Of a DNA stretch of 64,000 bases, positions 52,181 to 60,869 are shown piece after piece (the stretch's first letter is position 1; every line of letters begins with the position of its first letter). This DNA comes from a bacterium (GTDB lineage Bacteria > Electryoneota > Electryoneia > Electryoneales > Electryoneaceae). Under the pieces are notes generated by a model that was not told where the DNA came from, made no database searches, and was given only the letters and a program-made list of their open reading frames with translations. A program made the position numbers and the translations under genes. Where the stretch lies: positions 576,001 through 640,000 of the forward strand of contig OY769902.1 of NCBI GenBank assembly GCA_963669175.1, read 5' to 3'.

Positions 52181-52311
52181 TCAGCGTAATGAGGAATGAG
52201 GAATTAGCAATTAGGAATGAGGAATGAGAGTGTCTTCGTAAGTCGTTTAATTTCTAATTCTTAATTCCTAATTTCCTCACCCCGTGGGGATGAACTTTCA
52301 GCGTAATGAGG
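52164..52311. repeat. Heptamer-repeat hairpin cassette flanked by a 31-bp duplication of the terminal CRISPR repeat
   Basis: CCCGTGGGG(G/A)TGAACT(C/T)TCAGCGTAATGAGG at 52164-52194 and 52281-52311, with (AATGAGG)n ... (CCTAATT)n between them. Confidence 0.75.
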
Positions 52312-52318
52312 TTGCTTC

Positions 52319-52392
52319 CGCGTACATCATATGTACATCAAACCATGTTGAAACACTGTGAAAAAGGGTGATGAAGTGTGATGAACTGTGAA
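52319..52392 (+). promoter_or_regulatory. Right arm-type site plus four 10-bp-phased GTGA repeats (putative Xis sites)
   Basis: 25-bp repeat identical to 29182-29206; GTGA at 52358, 52368, 52378 and 52388. Confidence 0.65.
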
Positions 52393-52459
52393 GGGCTAAC
52401 CGACTGGTAAAACAATCAACTAGAGTGTATTTCTTCTGTTACCAAAATGCCTTCTTGAC

Positions 52460-52504
52460 GACTACGGATCAGAAGGTTTGGGGTTCGAATCCCTACAGGC
52501 GTAC
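52460..52504 (+). repeat. attR core (45-bp duplicated tRNA-Arg 3' part)
   Basis: Identical to 29089-29133. Confidence 0.95.
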
Positions 52505-52511
52505 ACAGAGA

Positions 52512-52540
52512 GGCTACTGCGAATCGCAGTAGCCATTTTT
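52512..52540 (+). terminator. Original host tRNA terminator
   Basis: GGCTACTGCG-aat-CGCAGTAGCC followed by ATTTTT. Confidence 0.75.
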
Positions 52541-52604
52541 ATTTCTGAAAAATCAAAGGCCGAATATGTTTGACAATACTTAAAAACTCTGCCAATTTCT
52601 ACTT

Positions 52605-54254
52605 CTAATCCACCAGCTTCGATTCCGGTTTATCCGTGCTGGCTTTCGGGAGTTTGAACTGGTTCGGACGATCCTTCACCACTCGTTCCAGCCATTCCTG
52701 CGAATAGCCGGCTTCGGCGGGGCGTCCCTGTTCATGTTGCATGTATCCATCATTGTATTTTCGGATCAGGTCTTCGCCCAGTTCACGCCAACGTTTGACC
52801 GTCAACTCACCACGTGACACTGAATAATCCGTTAAATACTGCATCATCAGGTCCGGGTCCTGCTCGTACAGTTCTTTCGCGGTTTGATCAATTGCGGGTT
52901 GCAGTGTGATGGCTGCGCCCTCGAGTTCGCTCTGTACAGCCTGGATATCCACGATCATGTCCGCATAGCGCAGGTTGGCGAAGTTGGCTACGAAGTTGAA
53001 AACCCAGAACGCGCTATCCCAAGTGAAGTTGCTCAGGCTGCCACCCGGCCCACCGGTATAGGACCAGGGAATATCATTGATGCCACAATACAGGGGCACA
53101 TAACATGTGGTATAGGTATCGTCTACCCCGTACCAATATACCCCGCCGATGGGGTCAGGCAGGGATTTACGGGACTGGGAGACGAAAGAAAAGCCTGTCT
53201 GCTGGGTGCTGATCGGACGTTCCCATACATAGTGTTCGGTAGTGTCTTCCAGGGTCCAGACCATGGGACGGCTGCGCATCGGATTGCCGAATGGTCCCGC
53301 GTCAACACCCTTGGTCATGTCAAAGTCCGTCCCTTCGTAATGGTCCCGCATCAGGGAAAACACGTCCGCAAGGGCGAGCTTATTATCCGGCTTGATCCAC
53401 AACGGGTACGGTTCAGCGCCTTCAACTGCACGATGATAATCGGGGCTCAGATCCAACGATGGCGCTGCACGACGGAAAATGCTCCAGACACGCATTGCGC
53501 CGTAGCGTTTATTACGTGGTGTGGAGGGATTGTACGCTTCGTTGAAACGGAATGGTTCCCCGGAATCCGGGTCGTAATAGCCCCTTTCAACCGCAAAATC
53601 GATCACGTCTTCCGAGTATATACAGTTCTTCGGATCGTTCAACGGAAAAGTGCTGATGACCGCTTTATTGGCATGGGCGCAGACCATACCGTCCGGCACT
53701 CGCATCGCTACCCAGACAGCCCCCTCACCACCCGGCCCCTTTCCGATAATTTCCAGAAGCCATGCTTCGTTAGAATCGCCGATTGAAATAGATTCCCCGG
53801 TGGAGCCATAACCATATTCGGCTACAAGCGATGTCATCACCTCAACTGCTTCACGTGCGGTTTTGGTACGCTGCAACGCCAACTGCATCAGATCCCAGTA
53901 GTGCAGCAGGCCATCCGGATCGCGCAGTTCCTGTCGTCCATCGAAAGTGGTTTCTCCAATGGCAAGCTGGTGCTCGTTCATGATGTCAACCACCGCATAG
54001 GTATGCTCGACCTGTGCGATCTTGCCGACGATTTTTCCGCTCCAGCGCTTGATTTCCAGCGAATCACCCGGCTCGTAATCTTCCGCGGGGATGTAGTCAA
54101 GGCGCGGATGGAAACGTCCGTCACAGGTATAACAGATATTCACCGATCCATCCGCCGACGCGCCCCTGGTTACGATCAGGTTGGTGCAGGCATGGGACAG
54201 GTTGACGGTTACGGTGACGATAAGCAGAAAAGCGGCAAAGACCTGTTTTTTCAT
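52605..54254 (-). CDS. Secreted C69 family dipeptidase (Ntn hydrolase)
   Basis: Signal peptide then 'ACTNLIV...AS.DGS', 'MNEHQLAIGETT', 'TAREA', 'ERPIS'. Confidence 0.9.
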   Translation of the reverse strand: MKKQVFAAFLLIVTVTVNLSHACTNLIVTRGASADGSVNICYTCDGRFHPRLDYIPAEDYEPGDSLEIKRWSGKIVGKIAQVEHTYAVVDIMNEHQLAIGETTFDGRQELRDPDGLLHYWDLMQLALQRTKTAREAVEVMTSLVAEYGYGSTGESISIGDSNEAWLLEIIGKGPGGEGAVWVAMRVPDGMVCAHANKAVISTFPLNDPKNCIYSEDVIDFAVERGYYDPDSGEPFRFNEAYNPSTPRNKRYGAMRVWSIFRRAAPSLDLSPDYHRAVEGAEPYPLWIKPDNKLALADVFSLMRDHYEGTDFDMTKGVDAGPFGNPMRSRPMVWTLEDTTEHYVWERPISTQQTGFSFVSQSRKSLPDPIGGVYWYGVDDTYTTCYVPLYCGINDIPWSYTGGPGGSLSNFTWDSAFWVFNFVANFANLRYADMIVDIQAVQSELEGAAITLQPAIDQTAKELYEQDPDLMMQYLTDYSVSRGELTVKRWRELGEDLIRKYNDGYMQHEQGRPAEAGYSQEWLERVVKDRPNQFKLPKASTDKPESKLVD

Positions 54255-54411
54255 GGAGAAACCCAGGTTGAGGTTGCTGGTTACACGGGAATGCAAAGGC
54301 GTGCAGAACCCAACGTCCTGTCATGCCGATGTGTGAAAGATAGACGACCTTCTACTGACAATCAACCTGGCTGTCAAATACGTAAAACGAATTGAGGGAC
54401 AAACCACAATA

Positions 54412-54657
54412 AGGACTAACTTCTTTATTCTATTTAGAATACACCCCGCCGGACAGCCGTTTCCGCTTCGCTACAGCATGCTTCAAGCCGGACGGGGCCA
54501 AACTAGGACTAACTTCTTTATTCTATTTAGAATACACCCCGCCGGACAGCCGTTTCCGCTTCGCTACAGCATGCTTCAAGCCGGACGGGGCCAAACCAGG
54601 ACTAACTACTTTATTCTATTTAAAATAGACCACCGCTGACAAGCAAGCGGGGCCAAA
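54412..54657. repeat. 93-bp tandem repeat (two near-identical units plus a shorter variant) with GC-rich hairpins
   Basis: Units start at 54412, 54505 and 54598 with AGGACTAACT.CTTTATTCTATTTA and end GGGGCCAAAC. Confidence 0.85.
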
Positions 54658-54675
54658 CAGCGCGAAACTCTACCA

Positions 54676-55575
54676 CTAAACCGTTTCAGCCACAAATCCC
54701 CGGACAGCATCCCACAACTGACGGATATCTTCGGCCGCGCCTTCTGTGGTGAAATCGACCAACGGCACTCCTGCAACCTGGGCGTAGGTAGTACGTTCAT
54801 CAAAACGGATTCGTCCGATGACCGGGTTGCCGGTTTCCTGTCCCCACTTTGTTATGGAGTCACTGATTTCCGGGTTCAAATCCCATTTATTGATGCAGAT
54901 TCCGGTCGGGATAGAAAAATGTTTCGCCAGCGCGGCGATACGTTCCATATCATGCTGCCCGGAAAGGGTTGGTTCGGTAACAATCAGCGCGTAATCGGCC
55001 TGGGTCAGGGCGGCGATCACCGGGCAACCGATTCCCGGAGGGCCATCGATCAGGAGCATGGCGTATTCCCGGGCGCGTGCGATACCCTGGGCGAAATTGC
55101 GTACGATGGTAACAAGTTTCCCCGAATTCTCCGCAGCGATGCCCAGCTTGGCATGGACCATGGGGCCATATTCGGTCTCCGAGACAAACCAGTGACCGGC
55201 ATTCTCTTCTTCCATCTTGATCGCCTGGGTCGGGCAGAACCAGGCGCATACCCCGCACCCTTCGCAGGCAAACGGGTCCACACGTAAAACGGATGCTATA
55301 CCGTGGCCTTGTTCAGCGCCATATCCAATCGCACCATACCGGCACAGCCCCTCACACAGATCACAATCGATACAGGCGTCAGGATCAATGTGCGCGATCT
55401 TGGCGCCATAGAACGTGTTTTCGCGTTTGACTTCCGGCTTCAGCACCAAGTGTAAATCCGCCGCATCCACATCACAATCCGCCAGTACAACCGGTTTGGC
55501 AAGCGCAGCTAATGATGAGACCACGCTCGTTTTCCCGGTTCCGCCTTTTCCACTGACTACGGTTATCGTTTTCAT
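54676..55575 (-). CDS. MinD-superfamily P-loop ATPase with inserted 2x[4Fe-4S] ferredoxin (COG1149, Orp3/Orp4-like)
   Basis: 'SGKGGTGKT', 'DCDVDA', two CxxCxxCxxxC motifs, 'DGPPGIGCPV', 'VTEPT'. Confidence 0.9.
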   Translation of the reverse strand: MKTITVVSGKGGTGKTSVVSSLAALAKPVVLADCDVDAADLHLVLKPEVKRENTFYGAKIAHIDPDACIDCDLCEGLCRYGAIGYGAEQGHGIASVLRVDPFACEGCGVCAWFCPTQAIKMEEENAGHWFVSETEYGPMVHAKLGIAAENSGKLVTIVRNFAQGIARAREYAMLLIDGPPGIGCPVIAALTQADYALIVTEPTLSGQHDMERIAALAKHFSIPTGICINKWDLNPEISDSITKWGQETGNPVIGRIRFDERTTYAQVAGVPLVDFTTEGAAEDIRQLWDAVRGFVAETV

Positions 55576-55608
55576 GGCGCTACCTGTATCCTGAGATATG
55601 TTTTCCTG

Positions 55609-56463
55609 TCAAGCAACCGGTTCCAGTTCCAGTAGTCGCGCTGCCAGTTTCCCGAAGAGGTCGTGCAGGTCGGGGAGCTGCTCGACCAGTACCCCGCCAC
55701 GCGAATACGCTTCCGCGACCTGGCGTGAAAATGGAATACGCAGCAGAATCTCGATGCCCTGTTCACGGCAATACGTTTCTACCGCATCATCGCCCACGCC
55801 ATCCCGGTTAATGATGACACCAAACGGAAGTTGCAGAGCCTGCATGGTTTCGACCGCCAGGATCAAATCATTCAACCCGAAAGGTGTAGGCTCGGTGACA
55901 AGGACAACGTAATCCATCCCACGTACGGCCTCTATCACCGGACAAGAGGTTCCCGGCGGGGCATCGACGATGCTGATGACGGTGTCCGTCGAGAGTTTCT
56001 GCTTCACCTGTCTAATCAGGGGAACCGCCGTTGCTTCGCCAATGGTCAATTTGCCACTGATGAAACGGATTGGTCCGGATTGACCGGTTTCCATTTCACC
56101 GATGGGACGGTTTACCTCCGTAATCGCCTTCTGCGGACAGACCAGGGTACATCCCCCGCAACCGTGACAAAGTTCCGGGTAGGTCACCACATTCCCCTTG
56201 ATCACAATAATCGCGCTGAATTCGCAGATGTCCGCGCACAATTTGCAACCATCACATTTGTCAGCGTCCACCTCGGGAATGGGGACATATACATTTTCTT
56301 TCTGCACCTGTGACGGTTTCAGGAACACATGCCCGTTGGGAGCTTCCACATCACAGTCGCAATACTCCACACGGGAACCGTTTTCGGCAAAAATATGGGC
56401 AAGGTTCACGGCAACCGTGGTCTTTCCGGTGCCCCCCTTGCCACTGGCAACAGCTATCTTCAT
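55609..56463 (-). CDS. MinD-superfamily P-loop ATPase with ferredoxin insert (COG1149, Orp3/Orp4-like)
   Basis: 'ASGKGGTGKTT', 'DCDVEAPN', ferredoxin motifs, 'DAPPGTSCPV', 'TEPTPFGLNDL'. Confidence 0.9.
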   Translation of the reverse strand: MKIAVASGKGGTGKTTVAVNLAHIFAENGSRVEYCDCDVEAPNGHVFLKPSQVQKENVYVPIPEVDADKCDGCKLCADICEFSAIIVIKGNVVTYPELCHGCGGCTLVCPQKAITEVNRPIGEMETGQSGPIRFISGKLTIGEATAVPLIRQVKQKLSTDTVISIVDAPPGTSCPVIEAVRGMDYVVLVTEPTPFGLNDLILAVETMQALQLPFGVIINRDGVGDDAVETYCREQGIEILLRIPFSRQVAEAYSRGGVLVEQLPDLHDLFGKLAARLLELEPVA

Positions 56464-56486
56464 GTCGGTTTCGCCTTACACCACGT

Positions 56487-56759
56487 TCAACCTTTTCGAT
56501 ACAGGGTTGCGCCACATTCCGGGCAGGTCATTTCCCTGCAAGGCACACCCCGTTCATGCGGAACAGTAGCGCCACACTTGGGACAAACGCATTCGCTTGC
56601 CGGTCCGAATCCCTGACCGCCGCCGCGACCACGGCCGCCACCCTGACCCATTCCGCCGCCGCCACGGCCAAAGCCCTGACCGCCGCCTGAACCTTTTCCC
56701 TGGCCGCCGCCGCCACCGCCACGACCGCCACCGGATCCACTGCCTCCACCACCGGGCAT
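56487..56759 (-). CDS. Small Gly-rich protein with Cys-rich metal-binding C-terminus
   Basis: 'CVCPKCG...PHERGVPC....CPECG'; lies within the operon. Confidence 0.7.
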   Translation of the reverse strand: MPGGGGSGSGGGRGGGGGGQGKGSGGGQGFGRGGGGMGQGGGRGRGGGQGFGPASECVCPKCGATVPHERGVPCREMTCPECGATLYRKG

Positions 56760-56776
56760 CGCTCTATCTCCTGTGT

Positions 56777-57136
56777 CTACCAGTGTCCTGTAACGTCTGC
56801 ACCATTTAAAAGTTGCAGCTTGTTATCCGCCAACCCGGCCAACGCTTCACGGATTTTGCCGCCGGGACAGGCATACACTGCGATCTTCGCAGCCTGTAAT
56901 GCGTTGAACGCCTTGGGACCACAATGGCCCGTAATAACAGCGTCCACATCATGATTCGCGACCAGTGAGGCCGCCTGAATGCCTGCTCCACCCATGGCGC
57001 CGGCATTTTCGAGGTTGTTCAGGGCTTCAATCACGGTTCCCTGTTCATCCGTAATCAGGAAAAAGGAACAACGGCCAAACCGAGGGTCCAGTTCACTGTC
57101 AAGGGTTTCACCCTGTGCTGAAATGGCAATCTTCAC
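56777..57136 (-). CDS. NifB/NifX-family Mo-Fe cluster-binding protein (Orange-protein-like)
   Basis: 'DPRFGRC..F', 'GAGIQAA', '[12 protein letters not shown]'. Confidence 0.88.
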   Translation of the reverse strand: MKIAISAQGETLDSELDPRFGRCSFFLITDEQGTVIEALNNLENAGAMGGAGIQAASLVANHDVDAVITGHCGPKAFNALQAAKIAVYACPGGKIREALAGLADNKLQLLNGADVTGHW

Positions 57137-57229
57137 CTTGCTATCCTTTCACAACGATTTTAAAGCTTTTGCTTTTAGCCCGACATCTTGCCAGTCGGGG
57201 TTCTTACGAATCCACAAAACAGTATTCTT

Positions 57230-58579
57230 CTATTCCAGCCCCATCGCAGCCATTTTGCGCCACAGGGTTGACCGGTGCATACCCAGCTCACGTGCGGCGC
57301 GTGTACGATTGCCGTTATGCCTGCGTAAGGCATCACGGATCATCGCCTCTTCGTTGTCTTCTGAATCAGGCTTGCTCGTGTGAATACTGATGGCGTCCAT
57401 GATATGATGAGGCAGATGTTCCGGTTTGATCGTATCACCGTGGCACATGACCAGGGCATGTTGAATGGCGTTTTCCAGTTCACGAACATTGCCGGGGAAA
57501 GCATAGTTGCGCAGATAGGCCAGGGCTTCCGGGCTGACACTGGTGACCTGCTTCCGGATACGCTTGCGTGACTTGGCCAGGAAATGGTTTACCAGGACAG
57601 GAATGTCATCGGGACGATCCCGTAGCGGCGGAATCTTGATATCGACAACATTGATCCGGAAGTAGAGATCTTCACGGAATTTCCCTTCCCTGATATACTG
57701 TCGCATATTGGCGTTGGTCGCTGCAACAATGCGAGCATCAGTGTGCATGGTGCGTGTGGAACCCAACGGCTGGTATTCGCCATTGTTCAATACACGTAAC
57801 AATTTTGCCTGTAGCGAGACATCCATTTCGCTGATTTCGTCCATCAGCAGCGTGCCTCCATTGGCAAGACAGAACATGCCCGGCTTGCTGCGCTTGGCAT
57901 CCGTGAACGCGCCCTTTTCATAGCCGAACAGCTCAGATTCCAACAGTGTTGCAGGTAATGCACCGCAGTTGATACGGATATACGGACCGTACTTACGTGG
58001 GCTCAACGAGTGAATCGCCTGGGCGATCAGCTCCTTGCCTGAGCCACTCGGGCCTTCGATCAGAACATTGCATTCTGCCGATGCGATGTCAGGCAACAGA
58101 CCGATTAACTGTTGCATCTTATCGTTGACGCTGATAATGCCTTTCAGCGTATGCTTACGGTGTAGCTGACGCTGTAAATGTTCGATTTCAGTGACATCCT
58201 GGAAAAACTCAACCGCTCCGATCACCACCCCGGCCTCGTCACGCAACAGTGTTGTAGAAACATTGATCGGTGTTTCACAACCCTCACGAGTGATCATGGT
58301 GACGCGAGCATTTTCTACCGGTTCTTCACTTTTCAGGGTGTCCTTCAACGCACATTGCTTGTGGCAAACCTCTGTGCGGAAAATGTCGAAACAGTGCTGA
58401 CCCTTTGCTTCCTGGCGGGAAAACCCTGTGATTTCCTCGGCCGCACGGTTGAACGAAGTGATGATACAGTCCTTGTTTACGGTAAAGACACCATCACGTA
58501 TGTTCTCGAAAATGATCTTGCTGAATTTCTCGTCCAAGCAAAACTCCTTTTTCACCTGAAAACAACATTTTTGTCGCAA
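57230..58579 (-). CDS. PAS-domain sigma-54 activator, OrpR-like
   Basis: PAS with C-X8-C-X3-C, 'GPSGSGKE', 'ESELFG..KGAFTDA', 'FREDLYFRI', C-terminal Fis-type HTH. Confidence 0.9.
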   Translation of the reverse strand: MRQKCCFQVKKEFCLDEKFSKIIFENIRDGVFTVNKDCIITSFNRAAEEITGFSRQEAKGQHCFDIFRTEVCHKQCALKDTLKSEEPVENARVTMITREGCETPINVSTTLLRDEAGVVIGAVEFFQDVTEIEHLQRQLHRKHTLKGIISVNDKMQQLIGLLPDIASAECNVLIEGPSGSGKELIAQAIHSLSPRKYGPYIRINCGALPATLLESELFGYEKGAFTDAKRSKPGMFCLANGGTLLMDEISEMDVSLQAKLLRVLNNGEYQPLGSTRTMHTDARIVAATNANMRQYIREGKFREDLYFRINVVDIKIPPLRDRPDDIPVLVNHFLAKSRKRIRKQVTSVSPEALAYLRNYAFPGNVRELENAIQHALVMCHGDTIKPEHLPHHIMDAISIHTSKPDSEDNEEAMIRDALRRHNGNRTRAARELGMHRSTLWRKMAAMGLE

Positions 58580-58740
58580 TCGATTTTATTAGTCTACCTG
58601 CCTGTAAACAATTGATTATGATTAAAATATAATCATCATATGCTATAAACCCAACCCATGAGAGGCCTGAGTCTCGCCCAAGAGAAAGAGCATGACAGTA
58701 AAAATCATGCTCTTCCTCAGACACCAAAGCGGGATAGGTG

Positions 58741-59268
58741 TTATTTATGAATCAGTAATTCTTTTGCGTAGGGCAGTTGCAATTGATCGGAAATCATCTT
58801 CGCCGGTTGGTTCAGGCGAATCTCGTCCGGATGATGCGGCCCGACCAGCATCATGGGAGCGCCGAATTCGTAGGCGAAGCGTTCTATCGGCTGCCCACCA
58901 AACGTAGTCGCTTCATCCAGGAATGGCACTATGATAAGCTGGAATTCACGTTTGATCAGGCAGCGACGCAATTCGGTCCATTCACGATCTTCGCAAACAC
59001 GGAACCCGGCTTTCAGATGTTCGCCCAGCATCTCGTCATAGTAGAACCTGAGTTCACGTTCTTTCTGAACGATGATCTGGTTGCGTTCTCCACGTGAAAT
59101 CCCCTTTGGCGGAGCCTGGTCCAACCCGTATGGATCTTCCAGAAAATAGAAGATGTTGAGCTGGATATTTCGTTCCTGCGCCAGTTTGAACGCCACATCA
59201 AAGGCCCAGTCACCCTGCTTGGAATAGTGCGCGCACAAACCGATCGACTCTAAAAGTACGCTGGTCAT
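58741..59268 (-). CDS. Universal-stress-protein-like protein
   Basis: 'IGLCAHYS.QGDWAF..A..LA' USP-like N-terminus; has an RBS. Confidence 0.5.
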   Translation of the reverse strand: MTSVLLESIGLCAHYSKQGDWAFDVAFKLAQERNIQLNIFYFLEDPYGLDQAPPKGISRGERNQIIVQKERELRFYYDEMLGEHLKAGFRVCEDREWTELRRCLIKREFQLIIVPFLDEATTFGGQPIERFAYEFGAPMMLVGPHHPDEIRLNQPAKMISDQLQLPYAKELLIHK

Positions 59269-59316
59269 GATGTACTCCTTTATGTGTGTTTTCGTTTGTT
59301 TCCGTGTATGTTGCGG

Positions 59317-60324
59317 TTATTCCTGCTCCGCCAGTTCTACCATTTTTCCAACTTTTCGTCCGGAAGGATTGGACGCTTCTTCCAGGTAACGATCTGAATA
59401 CACCGCTCCGACCGGGTTGTTGGCCAGCGCCTTGTCTTTGACAAAAAGTGTGGTCACCGGGGCGTTGCTGTGACGGGTAAAAACACAGTCCGACCCGATA
59501 CAAAGCCCTACAATTACATTGACATCCGTACCGATCTCGTTCAGTACCTGCGCCTGCATCACCGGGTTGCATTCATGTTCATGGTGCAGTTCGTCCAGGG
59601 ATTCCCAGTGCAATTTGCAACAGACCGGATACACATCGAAAAAGCGACGCAACACTCGGGTCAGTGTTTCAACCGGGCCGGTCATGTCCGTGCAATAGGC
59701 CACACCTACTGACCGATATCCCATTTCCAGGCAGAAATAGACCAGCTCCGACAAACGGCACAGCCTGCGTTCATCTTCGAAACTGATATCTCGCGCCACT
59801 TCCAGCATATCCACCTGTTCACGCGACACTGTCGCAGAAAGGCTCTCGGACAACAAACTGCACCCTTTTCCCTGCAGGCAGGTCTTGTTTTCGCAGGCAA
59901 TGCAGTCAATTGAGGGACCGGTTACCTTCTGGGGAGTCGGTGGCTTGCTGGACTTTTGCGATGGTTTTCCGGTATCCTGAGTTCTTCGTTTACACAATTC
60001 CTGCATGGCATCCACACCGGGACGGATAATTCCCTGGGCAATGTCATCAAGAATCTCGTCAATGGTTCCGACCACGTTGGGAATAATATCTATCTGGTAT
60101 GGCTCCAGCAGTTCACGCGTATCACGGCTGATCCCGCCACACAACAAGGTATCGACCTGGTTTTCACGCAACGCCAGGCTTAAATCCAGACCATTCTGCA
60201 CTTCCTGTCTGATCTGTCGTCTGTAGGTGATGCGTCCACGTTTAACCGTTCCGAACACTATTCCATCTGCGACAGTGCAGCGTGGTGCAACTCGATCTCC
60301 CAAAAGGGGTATTCCAAAACGCAT
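59317..60324 (-). CDS. NifX-like domain fused to DUF1847 Cys-rich metal-binding domain
   Basis: 'RVAPRC', 'LLCGGI'; C-terminal 'GVAYC', 'VCCK', 'CNPVMQA', 'GLCIGSD..F', 'TTLFVKD'. Confidence 0.75.
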   Translation of the reverse strand: MRFGIPLLGDRVAPRCTVADGIVFGTVKRGRITYRRQIRQEVQNGLDLSLALRENQVDTLLCGGISRDTRELLEPYQIDIIPNVVGTIDEILDDIAQGIIRPGVDAMQELCKRRTQDTGKPSQKSSKPPTPQKVTGPSIDCIACENKTCLQGKGCSLLSESLSATVSREQVDMLEVARDISFEDERRLCRLSELVYFCLEMGYRSVGVAYCTDMTGPVETLTRVLRRFFDVYPVCCKLHWESLDELHHEHECNPVMQAQVLNEIGTDVNVIVGLCIGSDCVFTRHSNAPVTTLFVKDKALANNPVGAVYSDRYLEEASNPSGRKVGKMVELAEQE

Positions 60325-60354
60325 AGGTGTCCTCGGTTGTCTGCTGCGGTAAAA

Positions 60355-60370
60355 TGCAAGGGATATGCCC
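60355..60370 (-). promoter_or_regulatory. sigma-54 promoter for the leftward operon
   Basis: Minus strand GGGCATA-TCCC-TTGCA (GG-N10-GC). Confidence 0.7.
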
Positions 60371-60549
60371 GGGTGAAAGGGGACACACGACTTCCGGGCA
60401 CCTTGAGGGAGGTTGAACAGGGAGCAGGGACAGGAACAAACTTACGATTATTCAAACAAATACGAACATATTATCCTACTGGAAACGGTAGAATATGGCG
60501 GCGCTCGAGTCTACTCCCGAGTCTCTTCCCTTCCGGTGTAAACAGGTGA

Positions 60550-60660
60550 AACACTGTTGCAACAGTGTTGTCTTGCAACAATACGTTGCAACAGTTGCAA
60601 CAACCACAACCGTTTCTCCTGTTCACTTATACATTCGGGTAAACTAACAACCTGTTGCAG
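60550..60660. promoter_or_regulatory. Cluster of TTGCAAC palindromes, putative activator enhancer
   Basis: Perfect palindrome AACACTGTTGCAACAGTGTT plus further TTGCAACA copies between two divergent sigma-54 promoters. Confidence 0.6.
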
Positions 60661-60808
60661 AACCACCTGGAGTCCTCCATTTCTCCCCGGCTGTTCACCG
60701 CTCCAAAATCGACCCGCATATTCAAGAAATATCAAGACGTTATGTCTTTCCTTTTCTTTGCGAGTGTTGTAGAGAAACACCCGGTGTTGAGGCTCGTGTT
60801 GCATTCCC

Positions 60809-60824
60809 GGGTATACCCTTTGCG
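60809..60824 (+). promoter_or_regulatory. sigma-54 promoter for the Hmc/Tmc-like operon
   Basis: GGGTATA-CCCT-TTGCG (GG-N10-GC), 46 bp before the ATG. Confidence 0.65.
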
Positions 60825-60869
60825 AGCGCCCGGAGCAAACAACCTACTCGCAACCCTTTGGAGGGCAGC

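Larger units (their letters stand above)
29089..52504. mobile_element. ~23.4-kb tRNA-Arg-integrated element carrying an RdRP/YonO-like RNA polymerase, AEP primase, AbiE TA and type I-E CRISPR-Cas
   Basis: Perfect 45-bp direct repeat of the tRNA 3' part at both ends; integrase and xis next to attL; matching arm-type repeats inside both ends. Confidence 0.95.

Noticed and set aside
49750-52189. Many ORFs on both strands over the array
   Set aside because: Translations of the CRISPR repeat (VHPHGCGEY / FIPTGVGNT); not genes.
52460-52504. Second tRNA gene
   Set aside because: Only the 3' 45 bp are present; it is attR.
29089-52504. Complete prophage, ICE or CRISPR-associated transposon
   Set aside because: No structural, lysis, conjugation or Tns genes recognised; Cas3 is intact, consistent with interference.
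54412-54657. Mini-CRISPR array
   Set aside because: Interiors of units 1 and 2 are identical, and the unit is unrelated to the I-E repeat.
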